A stretch of 64,000 bases of DNA from Takakia lepidozioides (GCA_030704615.1 CM060732.1:51894001-51958000), one strand, 5' to 3'. Positions 1 to 13,673 are shown, counted from the first letter of the stretch. The notes: a model not told the origin generated them from the sequence alone. Translations and numbers: made by a program.

Positions 1-1045
1 GCCATGGTCCTTTAGAGCTTACCATCACTGTTTCACAGGAGGCTAATGCCATGTTTTGCAAATAGAACCTCACTATGCTCCATTCCACAACAAATCCAGG
101 TCTGAAAACGGCCTGTCATTGCCTTATCAGGTTGTCTTCTTTTACAAAAACCAGACAACCTCATCCTTAAAGCCCAGCAGCCACTGATGCCTTTACCCTT
201 ACACCATCAATCCTCTTTTAAGGGCAAAAAAAGAACCTAGTCTAAAAATCCACAGACAAAGCTGTCAAAGATTCAAGACAGGGTAGGATTCACATGTTGT
301 GTTGCATGAGACAAGGCTGCCAGGCCGAAATGCTCCATCAGCAGCAGTAAAAGATAAGTCAAAAGCAAGCATGATCATGTCAAACCAGGAGCAAACGGGC
401 CGAAATCGGGGCTGCAGGCAGTAGCAGTATGTTCATTTTGTTCACATCCTTATCTGCAAGCTCAAGAGAATTCAGAACAAGTAGGGATCCTCACCTGGTC
501 CCATCACAAGCCCCCACAAAAACCAATGGGTTAGTGAGGATTGTGGAACCCTAGGTGAATCACAGACCCCTACACTTGTCATCGATGTCAACTAAGAACC
601 TCAAAAACAAGAGAGAAAGACATGAAGTAAAAGGAACCCTAAACACCAAAAGCACCTTGAGCGATTGGGGAAGGTAATTGTGCGCCATCGCCACCAGCAA
701 GCCACCTCCAGCACAGCTAAGGAGAAGCGAAGCATACAAATGCTAGGTTTAAGAAGGGAGAGAGAGAGATATATACTTCCCCACACAAGCGCCGCTGCGA
801 AATATAAAAGCCAGAGGAGGGAAAGAGACGATGCCATCACGGCGGGGTCTCCCGCCTGTGAGAAAAGACAAGACGCCGCCATTGTGCATCCCCAGGAGCT
901 CGTCCGGCATGGGCACAAAGCAGCAGACAGGGTAGCAGCAGAGCTCAGACGCCATAACTCTTAGCCCACGAGTTCAGAAGCACGAGGAGTGCAGCTGACG
1001 GCGGGAGAGACACCCTAGGGCACATCCCGATTTTTCATCCGCGGC

Positions 1046-1835
1046 GCAATGGGCTAATCAGCCCCTCTTTTAACAAAAATTTAAACAACTAAAAAAATAA
1101 AGCTCAATGAAAGGGAGCTACAAGCGGGTAATGGGGGCTGGTTGGCAAGTCCCTCCCTGCTTTGGGCTCCCTCCCTCTCATGCAGAATCTGCCATAACAG
1201 AAGCCAGAGGGGCTATCTTATCAAACCCCAATTGTATCAAGAATTAAAAAAACTTCAAGAAAAGGAAGATACTTACCAGTGGGTATTGTGGGCTGGTTGG
1301 CGGGGCCCTCTTTGCTTGTGCTCCCTCCAATGTAAAATCTACCATAGTGGAGCAAGGGGCTATCAGCCCCTTGGTATATCATCAAAGAAAACAGGAAAAA
1401 GAAAAGAATGATGATCAATGATTACCATGGACCAAGGGGGCTGGAGGCAGGTCGGGCCCTCCTTACTCGTCCTCCCTGCACCACATGCCATAGCAGAAAA
1501 GGAGGAGGCTGATTAGCTTCATGGTGAACTAAAGCTAAAAATAGTAAAATAACCAAAAGTGGTGGATGCTTACCAACAAAGGGCTGGTTGACGACAGGGC
1601 TGGTTGCGCGGGCCCTCCTACTGGCACTTCCTCCCTCCAATGCGCTACTTACCACAATACAAGAGCATGGGGCCCATTAGCTCCGCTGAACCAAAAAATT
1701 AAAAAAAAAAAAAAGAACATGGTGGATTCTCACCAACAACAAGCGACGGCTGGTTGGCGGGGCCCTCCTGCTCACACTCCCTCCCTTTGTGTCCACCACC
1801 TGCCACAGCAGCAGAAGAGAGATCAGCCCCCTCTT
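1046..1835. repeat. Degenerate ~150-bp tandem array
   Basis: GGGCTGGTTGGCGGGCCCTC-like motif at ~1134, 1290, 1436, 1597, 1748 alternates with a GGGGCT(A)ATCAGCCCC-like palindrome at ~1051, 1356, 1505, 1668, 1820; further units at 46710-46945. Confidence 0.75.
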
Positions 1836-2048
1836 GTGCGATAAACTGAGAAGAAAAGAAACAAACAACACATTAAATCAATCAACCTAAGAGGGAAAGA
1901 TAAGGGAGATGGAGATGAAATGAGAGCGAGAGAGAAATCAAACAAATAAAGTAGGAGATGGAGACACGGAACACGAACCTTACCTGGACTGGAGTAGCGA
2001 GCAAGATGTATGCGAGAGAGAGCGAGCTGGATGAGTTGTAGAGACACT

Positions 2049-2271
2049 TAGGGCTACAGCCAACGGGTGGAACCGGAACCGGAACCGCTTTAGAGTCCCC
2101 AAACCCCGGTTCCCACACATGTGGTCGTAGCTGGAACCCCCGGCTCCGGTTCCCACACAATCCCCAATTTCCGGTTCCGGTTCCGGTTCACAGCGGGTCC
2201 GGTTCCGGTCCGGTTCCACGTAACCGGAACCGGCGGTTACCCGGGCCCAAGCGGGTAACCGCCCAACACTG
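2049..2271. mobile_element. hAT-like MITE remnant
   Basis: Starts TAGGGCT, ends CAACACTG; dense GGAACC/GGTTCC subterminal repeats in both orientations; no TSD found. Confidence 0.5.
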
Positions 2272-2559
2272 GTTAAGACAACATCCTCGTATGACAGAAT
2301 AAGCCCTGACACAAGTTATTAGGTCAAAACACATGCGTATGTCAATATAGAATTTACGCCAACAATTGTACACACAAGTAAAATGATAAGGTCCTCCTTT
2401 TGAAGCCCAATCTCTAGTTTGCAATGGAGGAGACTGCCGTAGACCCCACGTCTCTGGACAAGCATACCCAGCAAGGATGTTCAAAAAAGAGCAAGACCGA
2501 AAGGACCTAATAAGCTGGTACCAGGAGTCAGACATAGACCAGCTTTATACTTGAAAAAC

Positions 2560-3877
2560 ACCGAGGCCGCCTAGCGTCAGTGCGGTGGAAAAATGCACCA
2601 AGTGAAGAATCTCCAGCTCAAGAATGAGCAAACACACACGAGAGCGCAAGCCTGACTCACATAAGTAGTAGGCAGCAGCCACCACCGCCCCCATCCTTAT
2701 AATGTATTTAGAAGGGTCGCTATTGAGATGTAGCATGTGGAGCTATCTAAATCATCCATACAGTCGCATCGAAATGGTCTAAGAATGAGCGTTTGATATC
2801 TTCTGTACTTCCCATTGAGCTGGGCCATTGAGCTGGCTGAAGGACTAACCTGAGAAGGAATAGCTAGAGAGAAGCAGTGAGTCAAACTTGTACGAACCGG
2901 CCCATTGCTTATAGTACAAGCTCCAATATTCAGGGATGTAAGGCTCCTCATAAGCTCGCTCATAAGTGCCTTGTTGAAGGTTCTTCAGATTTGAGAGATC
3001 AGGAGGGATATGTCCGGAGAAATCATTAATGGAGACATTCAAAGAATACAAACGTTCCAAATGTCCCCACCAGGAAGGAAGGTTTCCTGACAAGCGATTC
3101 GCCGACAGATCTAACACGACCAGTTTCGTGCAGGTACTGATACACAGGGGAATAGATCCTCCCAGGCTTACGTTCATGAGCAAAAGCACTCGTAGATTTT
3201 CAAACCCTGATATATGTAAAGGAAGCTCACCTGCCAACAAGTTGTAGGACAGGTCAAGGACGGAAAGGTTACTGCAACTCTGCAAAGCAGCGGGAAATCC
3301 GCCTTCGAACCAATTGTTTGAGAGCGATACAATAGAAAGGTTTTGAAGAGTACCCAGCACATCGGGAATTGCACCAGAAAGGAAATTGTTTGAGAAGTCC
3401 AATGTTTCCAAGGCTGTGCAGTTTCCAACGGATAAGGGGAAGCTACCTGTAAACGAGTTGGAGTTGAGATCTAGATATTGTAAGTTCACAAGATTTCCTA
3501 TCTGGGGAGGGATGCTCCCAGATAATTCGTTACCACTCAGGTCCAGATGTCGCATATTAGACAGGGACCCAAGCTGGGAAGAAATTGGCCCCCGGAGTTC
3601 ATTTTGCTCAAGAGGAGAGCTAAGAGAGAGCTATGTCACTTGGCTGTAGGCATTGCAAGTAACCCCTGTCCAGTTGCAAGGAGAGCTATCAGCGGCGACC
3701 CAATCAAAGAGCTGGTCTTGGCCCCCTGTCAGCCCCTCCTTGAAGGCCAGCAAGGCCGAAATGTTTGAACCTCCGACACAAACCGGCCACAACACACCAC
3801 AACACAATAGAACCTGGCCGTTAAGGGTGCAGAATGCCCCCCCCCCCGACCATTCCAGTTAGAAGAGTCTTCCACAT
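2560..3877 (-). pseudogene. LRR receptor-like protein (PSKR/RLP-type ectodomain), copy A
   Basis: LRRNT (SALLAFK...W...PCNWTGVTC), plant LRRs LxxLDLSxNxLSGxIP, island-like segment and a degenerate TM-like C-terminus; premature TAG at 3631-3633 (Gln codon in copy B), frameshift in the C11 run 3837-3847, degenerate beyond 2870. Confidence 0.85.
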
Positions 3878-4206
3878 ACTGTTGAGCTGTGGCATAAAAG
3901 AGTTTATGATGGGGCAGTTTTTCTTTCCTTTTCTTTTTAATTTTTACGGAAAGGGCATTTGTTGAGTTGGAATATCTGGAATTCGGTAATTGAGAGTTCA
4001 AAGGTTTTCTTTTATTGTCGGTTGTAAGTTTCCCTTGTAAGCTTCACGCCCCGTGTGGCTATTTATTTTTCCCAGGCTCTTATCAAAGCAATTGCCAGGC
4101 TTTTTGCGCCCTTTCCCCCAAGAACAAAAAAAAATGTCGTCTTTTCCATGTTTGTTGCTGTATTTTTTACACCTGGGAGCGACAGCTCACAAAGCAGGCC
4201 CCTTAA

Positions 4207-5030
4207 CCCTTAAGTTCCCAAGCCCTTTTTTGACTTTTTACCAATTTTGGGTACCCAGCTGCAGTAAATTGCCCCTAGAAACCTACCAAAAATCATCCAC
4301 AGATTCCAGCCTTATAGCAATGGGCCCAGCTCATTTATGCATGACATACCAAAAAATGAGCCAAGTCCACCGTGGAAATTGTGAGATTATAGCGTTGGCC
4401 CGGACCTCAAATATCAGGTCCCAAAGAAAAAGTGAGAAAGAAATAGGTTTGACCAAATCAAAACCTAGCTTTATCCAATTTTGCTTGCCCCAAGACCCAC
4501 CATTTCCAAATCAATAGTGAAGTGGCCATGACCCCACTAAATTGCAGGTCCAAATAATTTTTTCACCTATGCTTGCTATTCATGCAATTACATGGGGGTT
4601 GAAATCTCAAAATTGACAACAGAAAATGTGCCTCCAAATGAAGTACTTTTTTTTCTACAAATTTTTTAAAAGCTAACGGTGGATGTGTGTATGCAATGCT
4701 CACACACCACAAGGTGAAGTGTTTTTTCCAAAATTGCTAATTTTCTGCCAAAAATGGCCTTTGGAGTGCAATCTGTTTTGGGCTTGTTTACCTGCCACGT
4801 CAGCGGTCAACAGCCCATTTCAGGCCCCAAAATGTAAATTAAAGATCTAAGATATTTTTTGTAAGTCGCAGCTTTTGTTTTGTTTGAATTTTGTTTCTTG
4901 CATCATACTCGAGACAAATCCTTTGTCATTAAAGCTTCAGGAGTGGGCCCCATCAGATTAGATCTGCAAAAATTAGGTCGACCCTGCAAATTCAAAGTGA
5001 CCCGATTCAGGTCGCTTGGGAACTTAAGGG
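4207..5030. mobile_element. piggyBac-like non-autonomous element (family 1)
   Basis: Perfect 17-bp TIR CCCTTAAGTTCCCAAGC (4207-4223 / 5014-5030); TTAA on both sides (4203-4206, 5031-5034); paralogous site 48243-48246 has a single TTAA and no insert. Confidence 0.9.
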
Positions 5031-5034
5031 TTAA

Positions 5035-5210
5035 TAGTGAGAGGCGAAAATAACCTCTTTCACTGTAACCGCGCCATGAAGGCGTATTAGTGGGACACCG
5101 CACAGGGGAGGGGGAGAAGAGAATACCACACCCGTCAAGTAGCAGGATTTGACCCAGAATCGTCTGGGTGGCACTCAGTGCACTTAACCAACTGAGCTAC
5201 TGACTGTTGG
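5035..5210 (-). mobile_element. tRNA-derived SINE
   Basis: Minus strand has A box GTAGCTCAGTTGG and B-box-like GGGTCAAATCC; 3' tail GAAAGAGGTTAT shared with copies at 18765-19063, 48245-48420 and 57137-57437. Confidence 0.7.
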
Positions 5211-5379
5211 TTTTTTTAACCCTTAAGCGACCGTCTAAGTTTTGGTGGGCCACCCCCAAAATCCTACACACCTTTGTGGATGAGGGTGTAACTCCTTACC
5301 TACAATCATCCACAGATTTGAACCTTATAAATACCTATGTAACTACCACATCCATCTACTCATAAAGTTTCAACACATT

Positions 5380-6670
5380 TTCAGCCATTGCGAATAATCT
5401 CCAGATTTCGACCTCGTGGGAGTCTTGGCAACAGGGGTAAAGGGCTTTTCGCCAAAAGCTGATCTGATGGGCCCACCATTCGCTAGAGGGGCCTCCACAG
5501 GGAGGCACATGGCGCCATATTGAGTGAAGACGGTTTACAGCAGAGGAGCCAGATCCCACCGACCACGTGCAAGACATCACCGCATGCTGAGTGCGCGGGA
5601 GGACGTGGAGCCAGCTATGTTGCCCATTTTTGGGCATATATATATATGTACATGGGTAAGTATAGTGTAGTCTGTATAGATAGACTTTGTAGTAATATAT
5701 TTATAGCATGTGTACGGGTAGTTTGGTGGTAGAGATCTCCCTTCCTAGCCAGTAGACTTGGTGTTCGATTCCTGACGCCTCAACGTTTTCTTGATAGCAA
5801 TCTGGTTTGGATGGTAAAGGTCCTAAATATGAAAAAGGTGGCCGTGGAGGAGGGGAAAAGGGTGACTGCAGAGGAGGATGATAATCAAAAGGGTGGCAGA
5901 GGGTTACAAAAACGGAATGAGAATGTCATTTATTCATTGTTCTTGGGATGAAAGGACACATGTCAGCAAGTTTAGGGGACACACAAGATAGAGATACCTT
6001 CCCTTATCAAGAGGCTATCAGTGATTGGATGGAGGTGAAGATCCATAGATCTACTGATGCTTAGGTCTCTTGACAAGTTTCTTGTCTTAGGTCACTTGCT
6101 GGTCTCTTGGCAGGTCTCTTGGTGCTGGTTCGCAGGTCTAGGTCTCTTGGCTGGTGCTAGTCTCATCATCTATAATGTGTCGTGACATATAATCTTCATT
6201 ACTGTTTACAAGCTTTGTGAGCCAAGTTACTTGGTAATTTTATTTGTATTTCCAAGAGCCTTGCAAACATTGATACTTCTTATCTATGTGCCATGTAGCA
6301 TTAGGCAGGGTCTTTTTGGGCCAGGGTTCAAATATGCCACTTAATGTAGATTGACTGAAATGCAATATAAGCCAATTTAAGGTTTTCTACTTATGAATGG
6401 TGGTTTAAATTTTTTTGGTGGTGTTTGGCATAATTTCTGCCTAGTCTCCAATGATGCCTAAACCCTCCAATTTGCTATGTCAATTCTGGGTTATTCGCCT
6501 CAACAAGTCTACTAGGTTCTAGGTTCATTCGCCCAATACCCATTCAAAATCTCATATTATCGCCAGCCATTTCCACTACGCATTTTGTACAAGCGCCAGA
6601 CATGTTCCTCTAAGGTTCTAATGGATGCCACTTGTGCTACAATGTAAATACCTTAAAAGAAACGCTGATT
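5380..6670. other. Segment present only in block A, probably TE/LTR-derived, with a tRNA-like head at ~5717-5780
   Basis: Absent at 48590 in block B (ATTT microhomology at the junction); GGTAGTTTGGTGG...GTTCGATTCC Pol III-like boxes; short GGTCTCTTGG repeats at 6064-6150. Confidence 0.45.
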
Positions 6671-6804
6671 TGACCGTTTGGATTTGCACATTATAGCAAA
6701 AGAAAGCACCACTTTTACAAGTTCGCTCCCCAAAAATAGGGGTAACTTTGGTTTGACCATACATTTGTAGTATCGGGTTGAATTTTCTTGTCAGAATGCC
6801 CACC

Positions 6805-9800
6805 ATTTTTTATTTTTTATTTTCATGTTTGAAGAGGGATGGTGGCCTCAAAGCTTTATAGATACGTGCGTAAAAACCGCAAAATACATCCTGGGGGAGA
6901 GTCAAAATGGTGGTCTGTGGAGGAAAAAATAACCTCCTGTAAAGGCGTATCGCATGGGGTACACCCAAGTTACCGAAGGGAGGGGGGAGTAGGAAATGGT
7001 GAACTAATAGTGTGTAAGCCCTGATCTGAGAAGAAACAAGGTAGACATAGGGGGGACTGGCGTTGGACAATCTAGGTGGCAGAAACTATCACAAGCATAA
7101 GACGAGGTGTTCCGCTACAATCTATCACCGAAGTCTCGGTAGTGATGTTATTGCCCTTCTGCTCTATGCTCCAAAGTCCAACTGCACCTTTGATTTGTAA
7201 GAACTCAGTTTTTGGTGTCTCCAATTGATATCCGGTGCTTCAAAGTCAGCTGGCCATTTGCCAAGCCCTGGGGATGTTGTCATTCCAAATGACTCTAGTG
7301 TCAGAGATCCTGGTGCAGATGATGTTGTCTTTAGCCCAGGTGATGTCGAAGTCCGATAACAGTTGTTGCCTCCTCCCTTCATTACACCTGCTGGAAGCTG
7401 CAAGCAATACCCACCAAGCTTTATGTCCCTCAGTCACCAAATCTGCATAGATTTTGCAGAGAGTCGCTCTGATGCTTGGCTTCTGTCCCTCAAAAATCAT
7501 TTTGCATCTATCTTTTTAGATGGCCCAGAGAGAGTAAGCTCTCAAATTAGCCCATATTGGACATGCATTCCATAAGGCCCCATTCTGCAGATTGAGAAGC
7601 AGCAGGTTGTCCGAGATGGGTGGCAGATCCATCCAAGTGAAGTAGAAAGAATTGATGAAATTCCACACCCCTGAGGCGGTCTGACAATGTAGCAGCCAGT
7701 GCTCAAAAGACTCATGATGCCCTTGATGGCATGAAACATAGATCGGGCTCAGGGCAGGGATGAAGCTTGCCACTGGCAGAATCCTATCTGCTATTTTCCA
7801 AAGGAAGGCACTCATTTTCCAAATCCTCTTTCATCCCTGGCTGTTGAGATTTATATTCCATTTGGCATTCCATTTGGCGGCAAAGCAAGAGTCTCCCAAC
7901 AAGAGCTTATAACCAAATTTTACTTTATAGCCTAGAAATGGGGTTTTCTTCACATCTTTCCATGTCCATTCACCACGGTCCAGCTGCAGTCTGCCGAGAG
8001 GGAAGCGAAGGAACTAGAGGAGGAAGATATTTTTGGCCCAACAGATATCGCCAGGAGGGGGTTTGGGATCTGGCGAGCCGGAAGCTATATCTATCACTCA
8101 GATCCTAAACGCTTCTGCACAGGGCAGGTCTCCTGCACCAACAAATTCAAGGTTGCCCTCTTGTGATGCTTTGAAAGCAAGGCTCAGCCAAATAGAGCCT
8201 TCTTTTTCCAATGACAGGATGGATGTGAAGGCCTGGTCGGAAAGGCACCCAGCCAGCATGGCAGGGTGCTTTCAGTAGTGTGTCCTCCCTAAAGCAGGGC
8301 AGCAACTGATGAGATCCCTTGCTTGATAAGATCCCAGCCGTTACGGATGGAAGAGGCTGTGAGGAGCGAGGAGAGGATGTGTGGTGCAATGAAGTCTCCT
8401 TGCTCCCATACATTTGCTACATGGGAGAGCCCCTTAGATTCCCATTTTAGGTGGGCCATGGAGCAGCCATTTGAGTGAAGGTGCCCAGGCCCCTGAATTT
8501 GTAGGGAAGGTCCTTCCCATGTGGGAACGCATCAGAGCACACCAGGGGCTACCACCACGAACTAGAGACCTGGGAATCCATTTAGCCAGGAGGGCGGTTA
8601 TCTGAGTGGGAGGATCAATTAATCCCAGCCCCCCTTCTTTTTTGCGTCTGCAGAGCTGACTCCAGGAAACCAGCGTTCGCTTAGTGGGAGCTTGGGGGTT
8701 GGCTCCCCAAAGAAAATTGCGCATCGGAGCCTTAATTCTGCTTATGTATTTGCTTCCGGGGGACCAGACCGAGGCAAAATACCATACTAATGCCAGCAGG
8801 ACTTGATTAAGCACTAGAGCTCTCCCTGCCAGAGATAGCATGCTTGAGCTCCAGAAAGCCAATTTATTACGGAGCTTTGAGAGAACAGGTTCAAATCTCT
8901 GCTCGTCTGTGAGACCAATGTCCACAGGGAACCCAAGGAGAATATGGGCTGAGCCTGGTTGAAGCCATTTGAGTCCAATATCTTACCCCCACGGGGGCCC
9001 ATGACACTTGGAAGCATGGGGTGGCAGTTCAGTCAGAAGCCCTACAGATTTATTCCAATTGACCTTAAGACCCGAGGCTAAGCAAAACAGCTGCAGGGCT
9101 TCCCTGGCTCTCACTATATTTTCCGGGCTCTCATTGTTCAGCAGCAGGGTGGTGTCATCTGCATACATGGATAGCTTAACAGATGAACCGAGAGTGAGCT
9201 TAAGACCAATTATGTCCTGCCTCGCACTGAGGTAATGACCAAAGTGCATTAGCAGCTATGAGGAAAAGATAAGGGGCCAGGGGGCAACCCTGCCTCACTG
9301 ATCTGAAGAGAGCAAAGGAGTTAGAGATTGCTCCATTTATCATGACCTTGCTGGATGCAGAGGTAAGAAGAAGCCTAACCCAATCTGAGAAGACCGGCAG
9401 CATCCCCATTTTATCCAGGACCTTATGAAGGAAGCTCTAGTCTATATTGTCAAAAGCTTTTTCAAAGTCTAGCATGAGGATAGCCAAAGGCTGCTCAGAT
9501 ATTTTGGCCTCATGAATGGCCTCATTGACAAGAACCAGGTTATCCAGAACCATCCTTCCCTTAAGAAACCCGGTTTGCTCAGGTCTTATAATTCTGGATA
9601 AAATTGGCTGAAGTCTTAAAGCCAGAGCCTTAGCTATGATCTTGTAAGATGTGTTTAGGAGTGTAATTGGACAATAGTTGGAGATAGAACTCTTGTCACC
9701 CTTTTTTTAAATCAATGTGATGAGGCCCACAGATAACTGTGAGGGCATAATACCCTTGGCAAGAACGTCATTGGTAAACTCCACAAAGTCATCTCCCATG

Positions 9801-12800
9801 CTTTGCCACAGTGCTTTAAAGAGCCCTACAGGAATACCATCTAAACCAGGTGCCTTGCCTGATTGAAGGGAGTCGAGCGCATGCCCCAGTTCTGGTTCTG
9901 TAAGAGGGGCAGACAACGTCTCTTTATCTTTGACAGAGAGGAGATCAGGAATGTTGCATAATGGTATCAGAAGCTTGATCCATTTCTGCTGAATGTGGTC
10001 TCTTAGAGAATAAGCTAGCAAAGTGGACTTCTGTTATGTTGGCCATCTCTTTTGGAGAAGAGGACGAGGAGCCATCAGCCTCGAAGAAGCTAGTCTTCTT
10101 TGCTTGGCTTTGACAAAAAAATATTTGTTCATCTTTTCCCTTTTTAGAGACCAGTTAACACCGGCTTTTCTACGGAGGTCATTGTCCTTGTCATGCTTGA
10201 ATTGCCAAAGATTGGTCTTAATGAGGACCATACTTGGGCCAGAACATTGACCAAGTCCTGGTGCTTGAGAAGGGCCGACGGGTTGAGTTTAAAGAAGCCC
10301 CTGCCTTTAGGTCTAGATCCACGGGTCGTGAATACAGAGCTGATATGAGCGTGATCGTAATCTGGCAGCACTGGACCTAGAGGGGAAGACCTAGCCCATG
10401 GAGCGATACCACTAGTACAATATATTCGGTCAAGTCTGGCCATAACTAGGTCTGGCGGAGATTTGCAATTGGACCATGTGAATCTAAGGCTTTCCTTCAC
10501 TAGGGATAGAAATGTCCACCAGCCCTACTGAGAAGCACAAAGATTCCCATGCACTAAGCTCCTCTGGCGCAAGACTAACAGAAGTTAGGTCTAATCTGTC
10601 CATGGTCCTATCAGTCATGTTAAAGTCTCCAACCATAATCCATTGATCCACCTCTGTCATCTGAAGAATTTTGGATTGCAGCATAAGCCAGAAGGAAATC
10701 CTATCTGCAATACCATTAGGAGCATAGATATTTATGAAGCCTTGTTGTTGTGGGCCTTCTTGTAGATTGTGACATTCATTTTGATAATTCTCTTGATACC
10801 ACATCTGTATGTGTTGCTCCAACATATTCAATGCCTCTGCCTTCTTTCTTAAAAGACTACCAGCCACAGCCATATTTGATCGATCATAGAAATAAGCTAC
10901 AATATGCATGTACATGTACAATCAATCGAAGGGATGGGTACAGTTCGGTGCGAGAATTGTTATGTACCGGAGCGAGTACAAAAAGCAAGCGAGGCTGTTA
11001 CAACCCTTGCCGATTCCAAAGGGGTCTTGATAAAGTGTCTCCATGGATTTCATGATTGCTTTGTCGTTGTCAAAATGATTCGATGCAACCATGGTGGTGG
11101 TGGATAGGTTCAAGAAAATGGTTCATTTTATCCCCACTAAAGAGACGGCAACGGCGCAGGAGACGGGGCGACTTTACTTCGCCCACGTCTTCAAGCATCA
11201 TGGACTCCTGAAGGATATTATTTCGGACCGCGATCCAAAGTTTACAAGTAAATTTTGGAGGGCACTTTGGAAGAAAATGGGGACGAGGCTCAAGATGAGC
11301 ACGGCCTTCCGACCTACAATGGACAGCCAAACAGAAATAGTGAACTCCGTGGTGAAGTAGATCTTGCGGAATTATGTATCGGCAAACCAGTCGGACTGGG
11401 TGGAGCACTTGGATGCGGCAGAGTTCTGTTATAATAACACAAAACACTCCGCAACGGGAGTTTCCCCTTTCATATTTGTCTATGGAAAAACACCTCTAGT
11501 GCTGACAAGTTGGGCCGCCCAGGACGGTGAGAAGCCGGCAGCAGCAGCGGTGCTGGAAGAACGCGAACATTTGTTGGAGCTCGCAAAATACAACATTGCC
11601 AAAGTTAGGAAACGGTATGAACGACAGGCGAATCAGAAGCGGAGGGAAGTTAAGTTTGAGGCAGGCGCAGAGGTCTGGTTGAACATCAAGAATTTTCGAC
11701 TACCTCTGGAAATGAGTCCAAAGTTCGTACATCCGTATGCGGGGCCCTTTCGCATCCGGAAGGTTATAAATGAGGATGTGTATGAATTGGAGCTGCCAGC
11801 AAATAGCAAGGTGCATCCAGTATTCCACGTTCCCTTTTGAAGCCTTACTTCAAAGATAAAGCGCGTCCAAATCAGCATCAGTCCACACCATTTTGGCTTT
11901 CCGCTGGGAAGACATAGTGAACCATAATGGGATAGCTAAGGGATACACATGGATTTCTAAGAAAGAGCTGCAGGAAGGCTCGTTCAGAGGATTTCACGGA
12001 AACATTATAGTTCTATATGCGGGTTTCAGGCTGGTGAACGCCATCGGTGGTGCAACCCCATCCCGTCGCCCCCACCTGGAAAAGAAGGAGAGGTGGGATG
12101 CCTCCCCTATGTCAAGACCACCAAGAGGGCTCAGCTGTCTCCTTCTGCTCCGCGTCGTCAATATGATCAAAAATGTTTAAGCTCCCAATGTATGCGCCGA
12201 AATGCGCTCCAATCTCTGGGAGAGACGCTAGATAATTATCAGGAATGTAGGGAAGGGCTATAATTCGCGGCTTGCGTGTTACTCCATCTTTGTGTCCCCA
12301 GTCTGGGGACCATGGGAAGATATGAACCTTTGAAGCGGGACTTGCGAGTGTTGAAGGCCAGAGCCCTGTCCGTCTCTTCCTTTGTCCCAAATTTAACTAT
12401 GTAAAATCCCCTGTCCATGGAGTGGCAAAAGTGATGCGAGAGGCCCCCTTCTGACCCCAAGTGCTTGATGATCCATTTTCTCGCTCCGTCACTGTCTCTT
12501 GGGCATCCTGGAAAGTACACAAGTATGCCATGTTGCATCATTTTGTTGAACTGAGCCCTCAGACATTCTAAATTCAATTGAATGATATCCTGAGAGTCTG
12601 AGATCGGGGCTATTTGGCTCCGCCCATGGGGCTAGCTCCAATCCTGACGATGGGATGGTGATCTATGGGCCCTTGCCTAGAATGGAGGGGGCATGGTTAG
12701 ATGAAGAGCGGGCCGTCCAGCTGCCTCGGCCTCTAGAGCTACCTCCTAATCCTGATCGCTTTTTACACGAGGGAGCTCCTCTGAATGCCATGAAAAGGAA

Positions 12801-13400
12801 GGAGGAGACTAGCTAACACCACTTGCCAATCACTCAGCGCCTAGCATTTCTGCTGTGGAAGGCTTAAAGGGGAACAGAGAAGAGACGAGGGGCAAGTTCA
12901 CCTTGAAATAGGTGTGGCGGAAGCGCGCAGCTTCTGGAAAGAGTAGTGAATTGAGCAAAGGCGATTGAATGAGCGATTAACGCCAAAGCGTCCCAGGGGA
13001 GAGTGGGGTGCACTGCTTAAGGCAAAGAGCTTCAGAGTCCCTAAATTCCTCGAGCCGGCGATTTAACTCGCTAAGACAGGCAGCCGCGATTGAAGAGACA
13101 AGAGGTCGAGGAGCTGACAAAACCAGGATTCTTTTAAGAACTGGAGCAATACAGCGAGGGGGTGCTGTTACGAGGACTGGATTGCAGTCCAACAGTGAGA
13201 GGGAATGGCCATAATGCGCCGCCAAGGTGAGAGGGGAGAAAGGATGCGGGGCCAAAAACGGCGTTTAACACATGCAGAAGATTAAATGGATGACGTGAAG
13301 AGAGCATGCATAAGGCCAGCAAGGCAGATTAGGGGGGGAGGGATAGATTAGACAGAAAGGGACACTTCGCACGCTGGAAGAAGGGGGAAGAGGCGAGGCA
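6805..13400 (-). mobile_element. L1-clade LINE, near full length, degenerate (ORF1 DUF4283-like; ORF2 EN-RT-zf)
   Basis: ORF1 12239-12577; endonuclease INIYAPN/VGDFN/RLDRIY (10144-10745); RT GKAPGLDG, RQGCPLAPYLF, YADDT (9000-10020); GGLGL motif and C-terminal CxxC...H...C; A-rich tail at 6805-6822; many stops and frameshifts. Confidence 0.93.
10745..11870 (+). mobile_element. Ty3/gypsy (chromovirus-type) integrase fragment nested in the L1
   Basis: MVVVDRFKKMVHFIP...IISDRDPKFTSKFW...STAFRPTMDSQTE; GPF motif and HPVFHV; in-frame stop at 11358-11360. Confidence 0.9.
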
Positions 13401-13673
13401 AAAAATCTAAGTCCCCGTCCTCCTCACCGCAAACTGCGGAGCCCTCCCCCCACCATATTTGTAATGATCTGTGGCACATACCAAGTGCCCTCTCAAAAAT
13501 TCAGACCCAAATTCCAAAAAAATCAATGGGTTGCTTTGTATGTGAAATTGTGGGGGGTGAAGATGTGTCATGTACCAGTCCCTGCAGGATACTGAATCCC
13601 AAAACAAGTGCCCAGCCCAACCCAAACAACATCAAATCCCAGGAAAGAAATTCAAGCCCGTGACCTTGCAACC

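Noticed and set aside
1-1040. Short ORFs at 601-964 as a gene
   Set aside because: No recognisable domain; probably TE-derived sequence replacing the array continuation seen in block B
1046-1835. CRISPR-like repeat-spacer appearance
   Set aside because: Repeats are degenerate, spacers are related to each other, there are no cas genes, and the context is eukaryotic
5142-5205. Genuine tRNA genes at the tRNA-like heads
   Set aside because: A/B boxes are present but there is no consistent cloverleaf or acceptor stem; followed by shared SINE bodies
5216-5230. TTAACCCTTAAGCG as another piggyBac left end
   Set aside because: The paralog reads TTAACCATTAAGCG and there is no partner end or subterminal motif
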